From the human T2T-CHM13v2.0 reference genome, Homo sapiens, in the NCBI RefSeq assembly GCF_009914755.1, contig NC_060932.1: DNA of 64,000 nucleotides; one strand, 5' to 3'. Positions 1 through 11,983 of the stretch are shown here, one piece after another; the stretch's first letter is position 1; every line of letters begins with the position of its first letter. Under the pieces are notes generated by a model, which was not told the DNA's origin, ran no database searches, and worked only from the letters and a program-made list of their open reading frames with translations. Made by a program: the position numbers and the translations under genes.

Positions 1-3000
1 TAAGCCAAAGCAAATAACTGGGCAAAAGTGTAAGAACTAATAGTTGACAGAAGGCTTTAGAGTAAGGAGCTATTATTCCTGGTGTCTATTATTTTATTTT
101 TAAACCAAGATGAGCTTTGAAGAGGAACTTTTCTGCTTTCTACAGAGTACACCCCAGGGTGTTAAAGGAATTTCAAATTGACTGAGACTCATGAGATCAG
201 TGTGTAGCCATTTGTGAATGACTTGCAAAAACTCTTCCAAAGGAAAGCCACATAACCCACTGCCTCCCACACTCCTCCTACCCGGGATTTTCAAGGGAAG
301 AGCTGCAAAATGGCTGGATGTCAATATGCAGATGCTTAAATGCAGAAGAATCTGAGCACAGTTGATGAACTTGCTGCCTCCTGGAGGTCCACAGTGAGAG
401 GCATCATGCCTGAATTTCAGGAATGCTTCAAGGCACAGTTTGCAAGTTTAAGGGAGCACGGCTGGGCATATCCACTCCCTCCCTGACATCAATGCCATTC
501 GGCATGAGATTGTGTTGCCCTGGGCTCTGCCTCTTTAAGCCGTGGTAGGGGTCTCATACACCCCATCAAGCTCTTAGAGAGAGAATACCACTTCAGTGGT
601 AGTTTAACATTAAACAAATTGGTAAAGTGCAAGGCTCCTAAAGAGTTAAGCAGCTCAGCCTTCACTGAGCTAGGGAGGTACTAGAGGAAGTCAAGTCAGG
701 TTACTTTTCTGAGAAGGTGGCTCTGTCAGAGAAAGTGTTATATCACTGTCTGTCACTGATATGTCAATTAACTCACCTGGAATTAATGACTGGAGTGTCA
801 GGCAGGAGGTGACTCTCGATGAACTTGACCTGTCTGCAGATACATTTCAGATGGGTTTCAGGTCCCAGTTCTCTTCAGAGATCCTTAGATGTCAGGCAGC
901 TTCATGCCTTAAATTAAAATTGAGACTCAATTAAACACCACTGGCTCACACAGGCAGGAATAGAGCCACAGATTTTATTTAGAGTTGATCAGAAGGGCAG
1001 GATGGACAGGGAAGGGCTGGAAGAGTAAGGACAACAACGAATGAACACACAATCACAAGCCAGTATGAGGAACACAGATTTGGTCATGAGCCTGATTCCT
1101 CCCACCACTCAGCACCTGATCATGACATTGGCCTTGGGTGGTCTAAAGAGTGCAGGTTCTTCCCAGGCTGCCTTCAGATATTGGGTCAATGGGCTTCACT
1201 TGGTGGAAGAGGAAGATTCTTGCTGGAAAACAAAATGTGCTATATAGAGAATAAAGGCCACATAGTGTGACCTAAAAGTGAGGTCATTGCATGAGATCAC
1301 AACACACAGTGGATCATCAGCTTCGCCTTCAGAACTCTTGATAAGTACTTATTTTAGGACTGGCATTTGCTCAACTGAATTTGGGCAGGGACGGCAATGG
1401 AGCATCAGGGAAGAAAGCGTCTTCTATGTCAAGGGTGCTGACTGAATCTTGAACCTCTAAATCTCTACCTAGCAGTTTTCTGCCCCAGCTCATGAATCTT
1501 TAATGTTGTACGCCACAGCAAAATGAACACACTGTAACACTATTTAATGATGAGCTGAACTGGGCCATTGGAAATAATTGTGAATGCTGATAATTTTTGT
1601 TTTCCTTCTCGTTTCCCTTCTCCCTGCACCTGATTCTACTGGTTCTATGTGCCCTTATCAGTGTGGGGGTGGCTTCCCATCACCAAAGAAAGACCCAAGG
1701 ATCAAGACTGAGCCTCCAATCTCATTGTCTCCTTTATTCCGGGGACCATTTGATTTTGGGTGGACTCTGGATCTTACCACCTGGTCACATGGAAATACCC
1801 TCGGAGAGGAAGAGAACATTTACCACCTTCCAATAACAACATCTAGAGTCACTACCGCAGCTCCTGAATACGTTCTCAAACACTTCATTTATTCTCCGTA
1901 TGTGCTGGAGCATCTCCTGGCTGAGGGTTGGTAGGAAGGCAATGACCTCGATCTCCCCATTAACTTAGAAAGGCAGTTGTGGGTCCTGGAGCTATGACCC
2001 CTACAGACCCCCAAGGCAGACATTGCTGATGACCACAGTTCTCGTCCCCCAGATCATACCTTTTCCTACATAGGTCTCTAGGCAATTTATTTAGATGAGT
2101 TTTCTTGTTGAGATAATATCAAGAATCATAGCTATTGATCTTAAGAAGAGTAACATCTCACAAGCATTTACCCAGAGCCAAGGAATTCACTAAGTGCATT
2201 ACCTCCATTACCTGGTTTAATTATCCTGTCAAATACGGAAGCTTAGCTGGGTAAATAATCTGCCAAAGGCTGCATCATTTACCAGTAACAAGTTGGTTTT
2301 CAGATCCAAGTGTATGTGATCCTAGAGTCATTCCTCGCTGCCGCAATCAACTGCCCCTCCAGAAATCTATTTCTGTAATGATCAGTGTTCTTGCAACACA
2401 GGGATTTTCAAGTTTATTTTAGAGGGCTCCTTCCCTGACAATGTTCTGTGCAGAAAGAAGGAGATGTGCCCACCCTGCCTTGCCCACCCACATCTCTCCC
2501 CTCCATCAGAGCAATTCCACTTTCATCTGTGGTATATTAGAGGCGCCTGCATAAGATTCAATTGCACAAGAGACGTCTGTTGTTAAGAGGATTTTGGAAC
2601 TCATTCCCTTGAAGTTAGGATGAAGGACCAACAGAGAGGCATAACATAAACAGAATCCTATTCTTCTCTATTCTGAGACAGTTTTCCAATTTCCAGCCAG
2701 AAGTCTGGTGCGGGAGGCAGGAGTCAGTCATTTTGCCCAATTTTGCATGTCCCTTTTATCCATAATATCCCTCCACAAAGACTGTCTTCTGGGTTTGACA
2801 CTTCCAACCTGCAGCCCAGCTTAATGCACTGAGAGATCTGCGTCCCACTGCAACATAAGAGGTTACAGAGGTTACAATTAGACTCTAAACGTTGGGTTCC
2901 TTGATACCCACACTATACAGAAGGTCAAGGCTAAGAGCAGATGCATTCAGGACAGGCTCCCTGAATGTATCTGCTAATGCTTCAGCAGTTTCTGAAACAA

Positions 3001-3949
3001 GATGAGAACACCAGCCATTACTTCAATCCCAGTGAACTATATTTTCAACTGGATATTAAGGGCCCTCTTCCTTCCCATGTATACTCAGACACCTCCATAG
3101 TGCTCTTCCACCTTTCTCTCTCCACCGCCCCTAATAAACACCAAGAATAAATGTGCGAATCCCAAGAAGGCAACAAAGCCCACAGTCATGTGCTGTGAAC
3201 TTGTCACTGCTTAGAAATACTAAGGTTTTGTTTAAATTTTCAGGCAATTTTAAAAATTCTATCCCTTGTTAGACCTGTGCTGGTTTTTTCAATGTAGAAT
3301 AATAGGTTTTTCCCTCCAAACCTTCTGATACAGTTGACATTAAAATGGCTTCAAGTGTTCCTGGTATACTACCCTAAACTCCTGACCCAGCTGAAGAAAT
3401 ATTCCTATAGGATATAATTCAGATTTGCCTTTAATCCTCTCTCAGTTCAATGCTGTAAACATTCAAATATGGTGGGGCAGCCAGGCCCATATGCAGGGTT
3501 CCTATCTGGTTCTGCAACAAAAGACTTTCAAAACTAGATTTGAACTTGGGGAGCACTTTCCCTTACTTCTAAGGAAATTCAAGCCCACACAAATTACATG
3601 ACATTCTTAGGGTCACTTGGCTTGTTAGTTGCAGTTTTCCTACCCTATAATCTCACTCTGAGATTAGAAGTATTTCCCAAAGAATGTTTGATCTTAAGGT
3701 CTTTGAGAATTCTCAGAATGAAAAGCAGCATTTGGCTAGGATGTTAGCATCTATACCATTAGGTAATACTCTAGGTTATGACAGGAACCACAACATTCAC
3801 GGTAGCTGAAAGTTAAAACATTATGGGCAGCAACATTTTCTAACATTGAAAGTCCAAGTTCCAGTAAATAAGATGATATTAGAAACATTGACCAAATTTG
3901 AAAGTCCAAAATATTTCAAGTGCCCTTCAACTTGCAGATTTTCTTGTGA

Positions 3950-4135
3950 AAGACAAGAGGGATGGAGAGAGAGAACAAGAGGGAGAGAGAGAACTAGAGG
4001 GAGGGAGGGAGGAAGGGAGGGAGGGAAGGACGAAGGGAGAGAGGAAAGAAGGATGGAAGGAAGGAAGGGAGGGAGGGAGGGAAGGAGGGAGGGACGGAGG
4101 GAGGGAAAGGGAAGGGAAGATAGAAAGAAAGAGAT
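3950..4135. repeat. GA-rich polypurine low-complexity repeat (GGGA/GGAA)n
   Basis: Almost pure purine tract on the + strand. It explains four spurious ORFs. Confidence 0.9.
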
Positions 4136-4874
4136 ATTGAGAAAGGTCTGTGGCAGAGAACCCCAAATAGTAAGAATAGGAGATGAGCTCACAGAACATG
4201 GGTGACATGTAAATCCCATTATTTTTCTCAATATAAAATTATAATCCTTTTGATGATGCCAGAACTGAAGAAATGATATATTCAAAAGCTAAGCCTCTCT
4301 CAGTTAAATATGTAAAGCACATGTTTTCCTAGAGCTATTGATACCAGGATAACCCTAGAATTTACACCTTTTCTTTAATCAGTGGAGAATTATTCTAATG
4401 GCATTATGTTCGATCACTCTACACTATGGCCACATGTTCTTAAACAGATTGTGGTTCAACCTGGATTTATGTCCTCCACTCTCCCGCTCCCAGCCCAGAT
4501 ATCGGGGACTTTATTCCATAAGCACCCTCCCAGGTGGTAGTGGGATGTAACAAAGAAGAAACATAAGGAGGAAGACATCACTCAGGAAATTCCTTTAGTC
4601 TGGGGACTAGGGCTAAGTCATCTTTTAACCTAAAAAATACTGTAAAAGTTATTTTTATTATCTTCTAATTCATATAGATTATATTATTTCTTGTCAACTT
4701 ATCCCAATCACGCCTACATTTTACCAGCAATATTTATTTGTTAAAAATTACCTATCCATTGAAGTCAATATTCTTACAGCTTTCAAACACCTGCCTTGTT
4801 CAGTGCACCACTGAGGATATGAGTGTTATGCAGACACAGCCTATCTTCTGAAGGAGCACATCATCTTCAGGAAG

Positions 4875-5030
4875 TATTGCTCAGTCTGATCTGAGGACAA
4901 CCAGTGTCAGAACCACTCAGAGTGCACTTTAAATTCTGATTCTCATTCCTGTCCATATATTCTGATCCAGGAGATCTGGGATCCCAGAAATCTACACTCA
5001 TTAATATCACTTCAGATGATCCAGATACAT
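4875..5030. mobile_element. Degenerate MER5-like hAT-Charlie DNA transposon
   Basis: Resembles the MER5A core (tcagaaccac..., ttctgatccaggagatctggga...). Confidence 0.4.
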
Positions 5031-5139
5031 GAGAAGCAATGATAAAGAAAACAGAATTTAGCAATGTGTGCAGTATATTTTACTTAATCCTGCAAGCAAT
5101 GCTAAAAGGTAAGTATTGCCATGTCAACTTTAAAGATTA

Positions 5140-5497
<358 letters not shown>

Positions 5498-5639
5498 GCC
5501 ATGAATTGCTCAAAGGCACCCAGCTAGGATATGACAGTCCAAGATTCAAACTCAAGTGTGTTTCATACAAGCAACTAACTGTAAAAAACTGTAAAATATA
5601 GAAGAATGAAATTAAGTAAAACCCAGTGCCCATGGAATC

Positions 5640-6050
5640 CCAAAGAAAGAGAAATTTCATTCTGCTTAGAAGACCCAGGAAAGAGTCACAAAGCTGATGA
5701 ACCAGAGTTTCAGAAGCAAAGGCATGAAGCAGTAAAAGAACCGCTTAAGCAACTGTAGATAGATTAACGTGCCCCAGAGGGGACAGGTCATGGAGGAAAC
5801 AAGCCTGGGAAGGGGGACTGCATCAGATCCTGAAGGTTTTGAAGGCCACGGTGGAGACAGAGGGCCTGGTTTCGTGTCAGGATACTAAAAGGTTGAGGAG
5901 GTGGAGGTCACGATCTGATTTGTGTTTCTGGGAATTGCTGTGGAAGCATTGTAAACAATGGGTTGCAGATGAGAAGAAAATCAAGGCAGAACAAGAAGTA
6001 AAGAGGTTCCTATGATAATCCAGATTTCAGAAGATGGATCCCTGAATTTG
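5640..6050 (-). mobile_element. L2 fragment
   Basis: Purine-rich degenerate sequence with L2-like motif gatctgatttgtgtttc. Confidence 0.45.
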
Positions 6051-7013
6051 AAAGTAGAGAAAATAAATGGCAAATGAATAACAATTGAAGTTATTCCTGA
6101 TATTTATTATAAAAACAAAATGATTGCATTTAGATAATATATAAAATAGAAATTCTCATTTTTAATAAAGCAAAAGTCTAATTTAGATAAAATGAAGGAT
6201 GAAAAATTAAAAATATATATTCAATAAATTTGAGAAAACCTAGTGGGTAATATATTCCAATGACCTTTCCATGTATGTTAATGCCTGGTCCACAATGAAT
6301 GTGGTAGCAATCCTGGAGAAAGAGACTTTATTAAAATGGCTGGGATTATTCAGACTCAAGCTCATTTCAAAATAAGAAGTTTGCCATATCTTCCTCTGGT
6401 TTCATTTGGATGTCAAAGATTCTGAAACCCTATCCATTTAATTATTAAACACCTATAATTTCTAAAGTATAATGAGAGCTATGGGAAATCCAAATACTAA
6501 TAAGACCTATGTCAATATATGTCCCTAAGTAGGTCACAAACAAAAGGATTATAAGTAAATTCACATCCACAAGGCTCAAGTATAGATGACAATAATATCA
6601 TTAGTTCCCCACTGGAAAATCTACAGAACGTCTCAGTAAATATATGTATTTTTAAATATACATCGATGATGATTAGGGTATCTGTGACCTGACATGTATA
6701 CCCCCTCTGGTCATTTTGGGAAGAGGGGAATGCCTGGTGTCAGTATCATTATCCATTTTCTTCTTCATCCGAAGTGTAATCTCCAAGGAACAGGAACTGG
6801 GTCAGTATTGTTTTCTCTGCACTTGGCCTAACCTGGCACAGTACCCAAACTGCCATCCTTCAGCTGCATTAGATAATAATAATGAGAAACACTGTTCTAC
6901 ACCATCAGGTCCATGTTAAACAGCAATGCCCACTAAATCTCCAAGCCTTTACCCCTCCACAGTTCACATATTGGCTCTTCTGACTTTGCATGTGGCTTGT
7001 CCTTGTTTTCCAG

Positions 7014-7208
7014 GCCTTCTACAATTATCATGTCCTGGAATTGCTTCAGATGCTGGTGACAGGAGGAGTAAGTTCTCAGCTGGAACAACATTTAGATAAG
7101 GATAAAGTCTATGGTGTGGCAGATAGCTGCACGTCGCTCTTGTCTGGAAGAAACCGGTGTAAGCTGGGGCTTCTGTCCTTACACGAAACCATTTTATCAG
7201 ACGTTAAT
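7014..7208 (+). CDS. KCNU1: KCNU1 (SLO3) internal coding exon, RCK2 region, third from last
   Basis: Acceptor ccttgttttccag|GCC and donor AAT|gtgagt. 195 nt, phase 0/0. Encodes AFYNYHVLELLQMLVTGGVSSQLEQHLDKDKVYGVADSCTSLLSGRNRCKLGLLSLHETILSDVN, which I recognise as human SLO3 (Slo-family RNRC motif). Confidence 0.96.
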
Positions 7209-7369
7209 GTGAGTCTACTCTTCTCAGAATTCAGTTTCTCACTTCTTTACCTCTCTGAGCTTCTGAAAATGGTCCAGGCTATTTGGGTTCATAGATGTCC
7301 CATAGCACAGAAATGATAACAATAAAAATAACAAAAAAAGAATACAAGTTTATATTATTCATAGAGTAT

Positions 7370-7770
7370 TTTACAAATCACAGTGTGTTAATATGTTATA
7401 TTTATTTTTATAATAATTATGGGAAGTAGATAAAGAAGTTGTTATTATCCCCATCTTCTAGATAAATAACCTGAATCTACAGGGAGCATCGGAGAGGCCT
7501 GGCAACTTTGTACCTTGACAAGAGTATTCATAATAATTATAACAGCTAATGTTTATTGAGTATTTTCTCTGTGCTTGTCTTTTTTAGTATTTTTTCCACT
7601 TAATCTGCCCATGGATTTATATGGTAGGCATTATTATTAATTCTATTTAACAGATCAAGAAACTGGAGCTCAGAGAAGCAAGGACTTGCCAGAGACCACA
7701 TTGTCAATCAGTGTCAGAGCAGGGACCCAGCTACAGCAGTTTGACCCTGGGCCTGCCTACTCTCCCTATA
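7370..7770 (-). mobile_element. MIR remnants (two)
   Basis: MIR core motifs: attatccccatctt...; aaactggagctcagagaagcaaggacttgcc...accaca. Confidence 0.65.
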
Positions 7771-8982
7771 CTTAAAATGCTAAAGAAATCTGATAAGGTC
7801 AGCTGAAATCAGGCAGAAGACTTCTGTACGTGGGTCTAAGAATCTGGCTGCACTGGCCAGTGGAAAATGCTTGCATTTTCTTAGCTGAGGGAGCTGGTAA
7901 ACAGTAGATTACAGCAAGGGATAAGATAATAATTCTGGAAAATTCTAACAGGGCATCCAGGCATTTGGGAATCAGAGTAGGGTCTAGCCAAGAAATGAGA
8001 AATCTACTTGTCATTGTGGTGCCTTCTGGTTTGGTTTTAATTGGCATTGCATTCAGTTATCCAGTGTTACTGTTAGGGGCAGGCTGTTCCAAGGAAACAT
8101 CTCTTGTTGATTCAGAGGACATTAGCAAAACCCCCGGGTAGAACAGTATACCTGGTGCATGTCAATGTGTGCTGCCAAAAGGGGCAGGACCCATGTTCTG
8201 TGCATTAGCATTTCAGGTGTAAACCACATTCCAGAAGCTCCCTCTTTGTAGTCTGGTCCTTTGCATTTCCGTAGTCCCGGATTGCTCACCTACAGGTGGA
8301 CTTGTAAGTGTATATAAGCCCAGGAAACTGTTGCTAGCAACTTCCTGTTGGCATCAAAGAGGATGGTAGACTTGTCCCCACTCCTCTCCCTCCTCTCTCC
8401 ATTTATGCCATGTTCCTCCCTTTGTTCTTTATCCTGAGGAATTACAGAACTGTATGGATTGATCCCTTTTGATCTTGCTGAGCCCATTTGCTGCTGCAGG
8501 GGCTTGAAATTGTTGTCTATTCATAATGATCTTGTTGGCTATAGCCCGAGAATAAGGTCCAGATGAGTATTTGGGACTGTGATCTGTTTTACAGTAGGGT
8601 AAGATGACTCCTCAAGAGTTCATTTAACATCCCAACTCATTATATATCTCAAAAGCTGCATTTTCCAACCTGTGGCTCATTGTTAATTCATAGTAGTTAC
8701 CAGAATGGCAATGGTAATAAGGACAAGCACAACAACATGTCACACCACACCCACCAGAAGCTCTTGAAAGAGCCAGAATGATAAAAACCATCACTGGGAT
8801 TAGAGTTTCAGAACTAATCATACTCTTAATTACCTATCGCCCTGGCAGTGCCACCACAAAGATATTAGGAAATGGCTTTCCAAGCTTCTACTACCAGATA
8901 AAGCAAACGACACTCCAGTGAGTGCTTATAATTGCTTGATCAAAGTGCCCAGCAGACATATTTTTGTCTCTTCTCTCCCCAG

Positions 8983-9095
8983 CCAAGAAACACCTTTGGA
9001 CAACTGTTCTGTGGCTCATTAGATCTTTTTGGAATCCTGTGTGTTGGCTTATACCGAATAATTGATGAAGAGGAGCTCAACCCAGAAAACAAAAG
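8983..9095 (+). CDS. KCNU1: KCNU1 penultimate coding exon
   Basis: Acceptor ttctctccccag|CCA. 113 nt encoding PRNTFGQLFCGSLDLFGILCVGLYRIIDEEELNPENK+AG (Slo-family GLYR motif). The 3' end is fixed by phase with the next exon (AG|G = Arg). The donor reads gggagt (non-canonical, see findings). This frame is not in the ORF track. Confidence 0.93.
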
Positions 9096-9333
9096 GGGAG
9101 TGTGCTAGATTGGAAAGCACCATCCACCCATTCAAGCATAAGAACCAAAGCTACTTTATTCAATGTGAAAGAGAATTCCAGAGCTCAGGGTCCACAGTTG
9201 CAAGGAAGGGTGCATGGGAAATAAAAAACTATGTAAGAATAAGGAGGGATTGGTATAAACAAGGGGGACCTGAATAATTAGGGTCCTATTAATATTGGCT
9301 ATATAAGAAGAATGGAGTCTCTGTCCCCCAGTG

Positions 9334-9383
9334 AAAATTGAAACACGGAGCTAGATTTTAAATCAGCTCCATGTTTCAATTTT
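9334..9383. repeat. Near-perfect inverted repeat (hairpin)
   Basis: AAAATTGAAACACGGAGCT-a-GATTT-t-AAATC-AGCTCCATGTTTCAATTTT. Outer arms pair 18/19 and inner arms 5/5. Confidence 0.9.
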
Positions 9384-9479
9384 GTAACTTACTCCTCATC
9401 CATGTCTGTACAACTTTCTAAAGCTGAATTCCACTATCTACATTTGAAAGATGTACTTGTTTTCTGCTGGACTCATTGG

Positions 9480-10960
9480 GTAAATATTGATTGAGACCTA
9501 CTTTGCTAGCCATGGTGCTTTTTACATATAAATCATGGGGGTGATATGTTCGGCTTTCAATTTAAAGAAAGACCACTCTGACAGCCCTGAGGAAGATAGA
9601 AATGCATGTGGAGGGGAAAGGGAAAGAGAGGTTACAGTCTAGAGACAACACAATTGTGTATGCCCAGACTAAGATCCTCACAGTGGGAATGGAAAGGATT
9701 CAGAAGGGAAGAAGAAACAGAAAGGAATAGAGTGGAAATAGATGGATGGAACTTGTTCCAGGAGAAAGGAGAAGGAAGCCAAATTACTCAAAGTGGAGTG
9801 GTCTTGAATAGAAAAATAACAGCAACAATTTTTTTGGCCCACAGGAGAAAAGGAGGAAAAGAAGAGATGCCAAGGCAGATCTAGCTCTAGGTGAGGGCTG
9901 TGTTTATGGGAATTTTTATTTTGCACTAGGATTTCTCAGTGCACAGTCATTGCTGAGAGAAAGATGGAAGAAATAGTATCAGGAGTTGAGAAAGGAGTCA
10001 ATGTTTAGATTAGCTGCTGAGAGGAGTGGAAGAGGAGGCTTACTGTGGATTTGTGAAGCAATCCTGGACCATACAGTGAAAGAAGAAAGATTGGAAATCC
10101 CAATGCATTGAATAGTAGATGTACTCAGAGTTAAGGGAGTGAGAGAGAAAGTATGATGAGAAGTTGTAGTCAGCTGTGTGATTTATTGAAATGTAACATT
10201 TTAGAGGTGGAACAATGTTAGGAATTAAAACAGCTAGGACACGGCCAGGAAAGTGATTTGGAAGTAAAGATCATTGGGTACTGGAAGTCATAGCAATACG
10301 TCTGAATGCTGGAGTTGTAAACCACATAGACACTGTAGGCATGTAAAAAGATGGCTGCACTAGAGTTTGAAAGAAAGAGCATGTCAAGTGCTAAAGGGCA
10401 AAATAAGCATCGAGGTCTACAGACGACTCTGATGGATGGGGAAGGAAGGTGCCATGGCTTTATAGTACCCACCACCAAGACAATGGGGGAGGAGTGATGT
10501 TCTGGAAATAGCTCTCTCTCTCCCTCTCTACCTGAACTCCACCCCTCCCCCAAACACCTCTGTACAGCTCTTGCAACATGATAACTGAGAAAATATACAG
10601 CTTATATTAATACTTGATCTCAGGGGAAAAATTGATATTTTTGTTTTAAACAGAATATGTGATCTTGTTCAGCTGATGTTTTTAAAAATAGAATTGAGGC
10701 TACAGAGGACTCAGTGGGAAAAATACAAGTGGGTAGGTTATTCAGTGAAGGAAATTCAATGGTGCCTTGAGATCTATGCTAGGAAAGAGTTGATCATTTG
10801 AGGCACTAGTGAGGCAATGCAGGATGAAAGCCATACAAGGCTACCCTGCCTCAATGTTCCCACATAAGCACTGCTGCACTCATTACTTCAACTCACATTT
10901 TTGGGCATTTGCTATGTACCTGATGCTGTGTTAACAGTTCTGGATATTCTTTAGGGTTCA
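9480..10960 (-). mobile_element. Degenerate L2 fragments in the last KCNU1 intron
   Basis: L2-like motifs (tttaaagaaagaccactctgacag; ttgggcatttgctatgtacctgatgctgtg). Confidence 0.45.
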
Positions 10961-11577
10961 TTAACATTCACTATTTGCTTGCCAGTCAGGGTTTCAAATG
11001 AAACTGTTTTTTTCTAATGCTTTTCTCCATTGGCCAGGCTACATTCTGTGGGAAAGTCGGTGGCATAAGCATTAGGTTAGAGTAGGTCTAAGTCAGGATG
11101 AAAATACCTGAAATATATGTCATCTTTCTGTTGACAAAGCTTGGCTACGTGGTCAATATTGTGCCAGCTGAATTCATGAGTATAGTGTCTTTTAAAATCA
11201 AATAGACCTGGAGTAAGGCCATTAGACATCAACCAATCCAAATCACCGTCTTCCCCCTCTTCCCACTGGAACAAAAGATGAGCGCAGCAAGGCCCAGAGA
11301 AGGAGGACACCATGCCCAGAGTCAGAAGTGGTTGGGTTCAGAGGCAGGGATGAAAGCCAGCCCCCTCATTCCTACTCTAGAACCTCTCCTCTTGCACTGT
11401 GCTACAGGAGTAAGTACTAAATAGCTATTTACTATTAATCAGAAACCCATGAAGCAAAACAAAACAAAAACGTTTCCTCTTTGGGCCCAGCAAAATGACC
11501 TCTTTATTTGGGTCACTGCCTGTTGCCACACTGGCCAGCTGCAGAACCTCAGCATTTATCTTTGACTTGTCTTACAG

Positions 11578-11983
11578 GTTTGTGATCACCCGGCCAGCCA
11601 ATGAGTTCAAGCTGCTGCCTTCAGATCTTGTGTTTTGTGCCATACCCTTCAGCACTGCTTGTTATAAAAGGAATGAAGAGTTCTCATTGCAAAAGTCATA
11701 TGAAATTGTAAATAAAGCATCACAGACAACAGAGACACATTCAGACACAAATTGTCCTCCCACCATTGATTCAGTTACTGAGACATTGTATTCACCAGTC
11801 TATTCTTACCAGCCGAGAACTAACTCCCTCTCTTTTCCTAAGCAAATAGCATGGAATCAGAGTAGAACAAACAGTATTATATCATCTCAGATACCTTTAG
11901 GTGACAATGCAAAAGAAAATGAAAGGAAAACTTCAGATGAGGTTTATGATGAGGATCCCTTTGCATATTCAGAGCCACTATAG
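11578..11983 (+). CDS. KCNU1: KCNU1 terminal coding exon (end of RCK2 plus C-terminal tail)
   Basis: Acceptor tttgacttgtcttacag|G. Encodes (R)FVITRPANEFKLLPSDLVFCAIPF...DEDPFAYSEPL with stop TAG 11981-11983. Matches the SLO3 C-terminus as I recall it. Confidence 0.96.

Noticed and set aside
1546-1590. Box C (ATGATGA) ... box D (CTGA) snoRNA-like pair
   Set aside because: It spans only ~45 nt, with no convincing terminal stem or recognisable guide.
3821-4285. Overlapping 80-154 aa ORFs (R/E/G-rich or P/S/L-rich)
   Set aside because: These are translations of the GA-rich simple repeat, which lacks stop codons.
6990-7316. 108-aa ORF as a standalone gene
   Set aside because: It is the KCNU1 exon 7014-7208 plus intronic read-through on both sides.
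11495-11983. 162-aa ORF as a standalone gene
   Set aside because: It is the terminal KCNU1 exon. The first ~27 codons are intronic.
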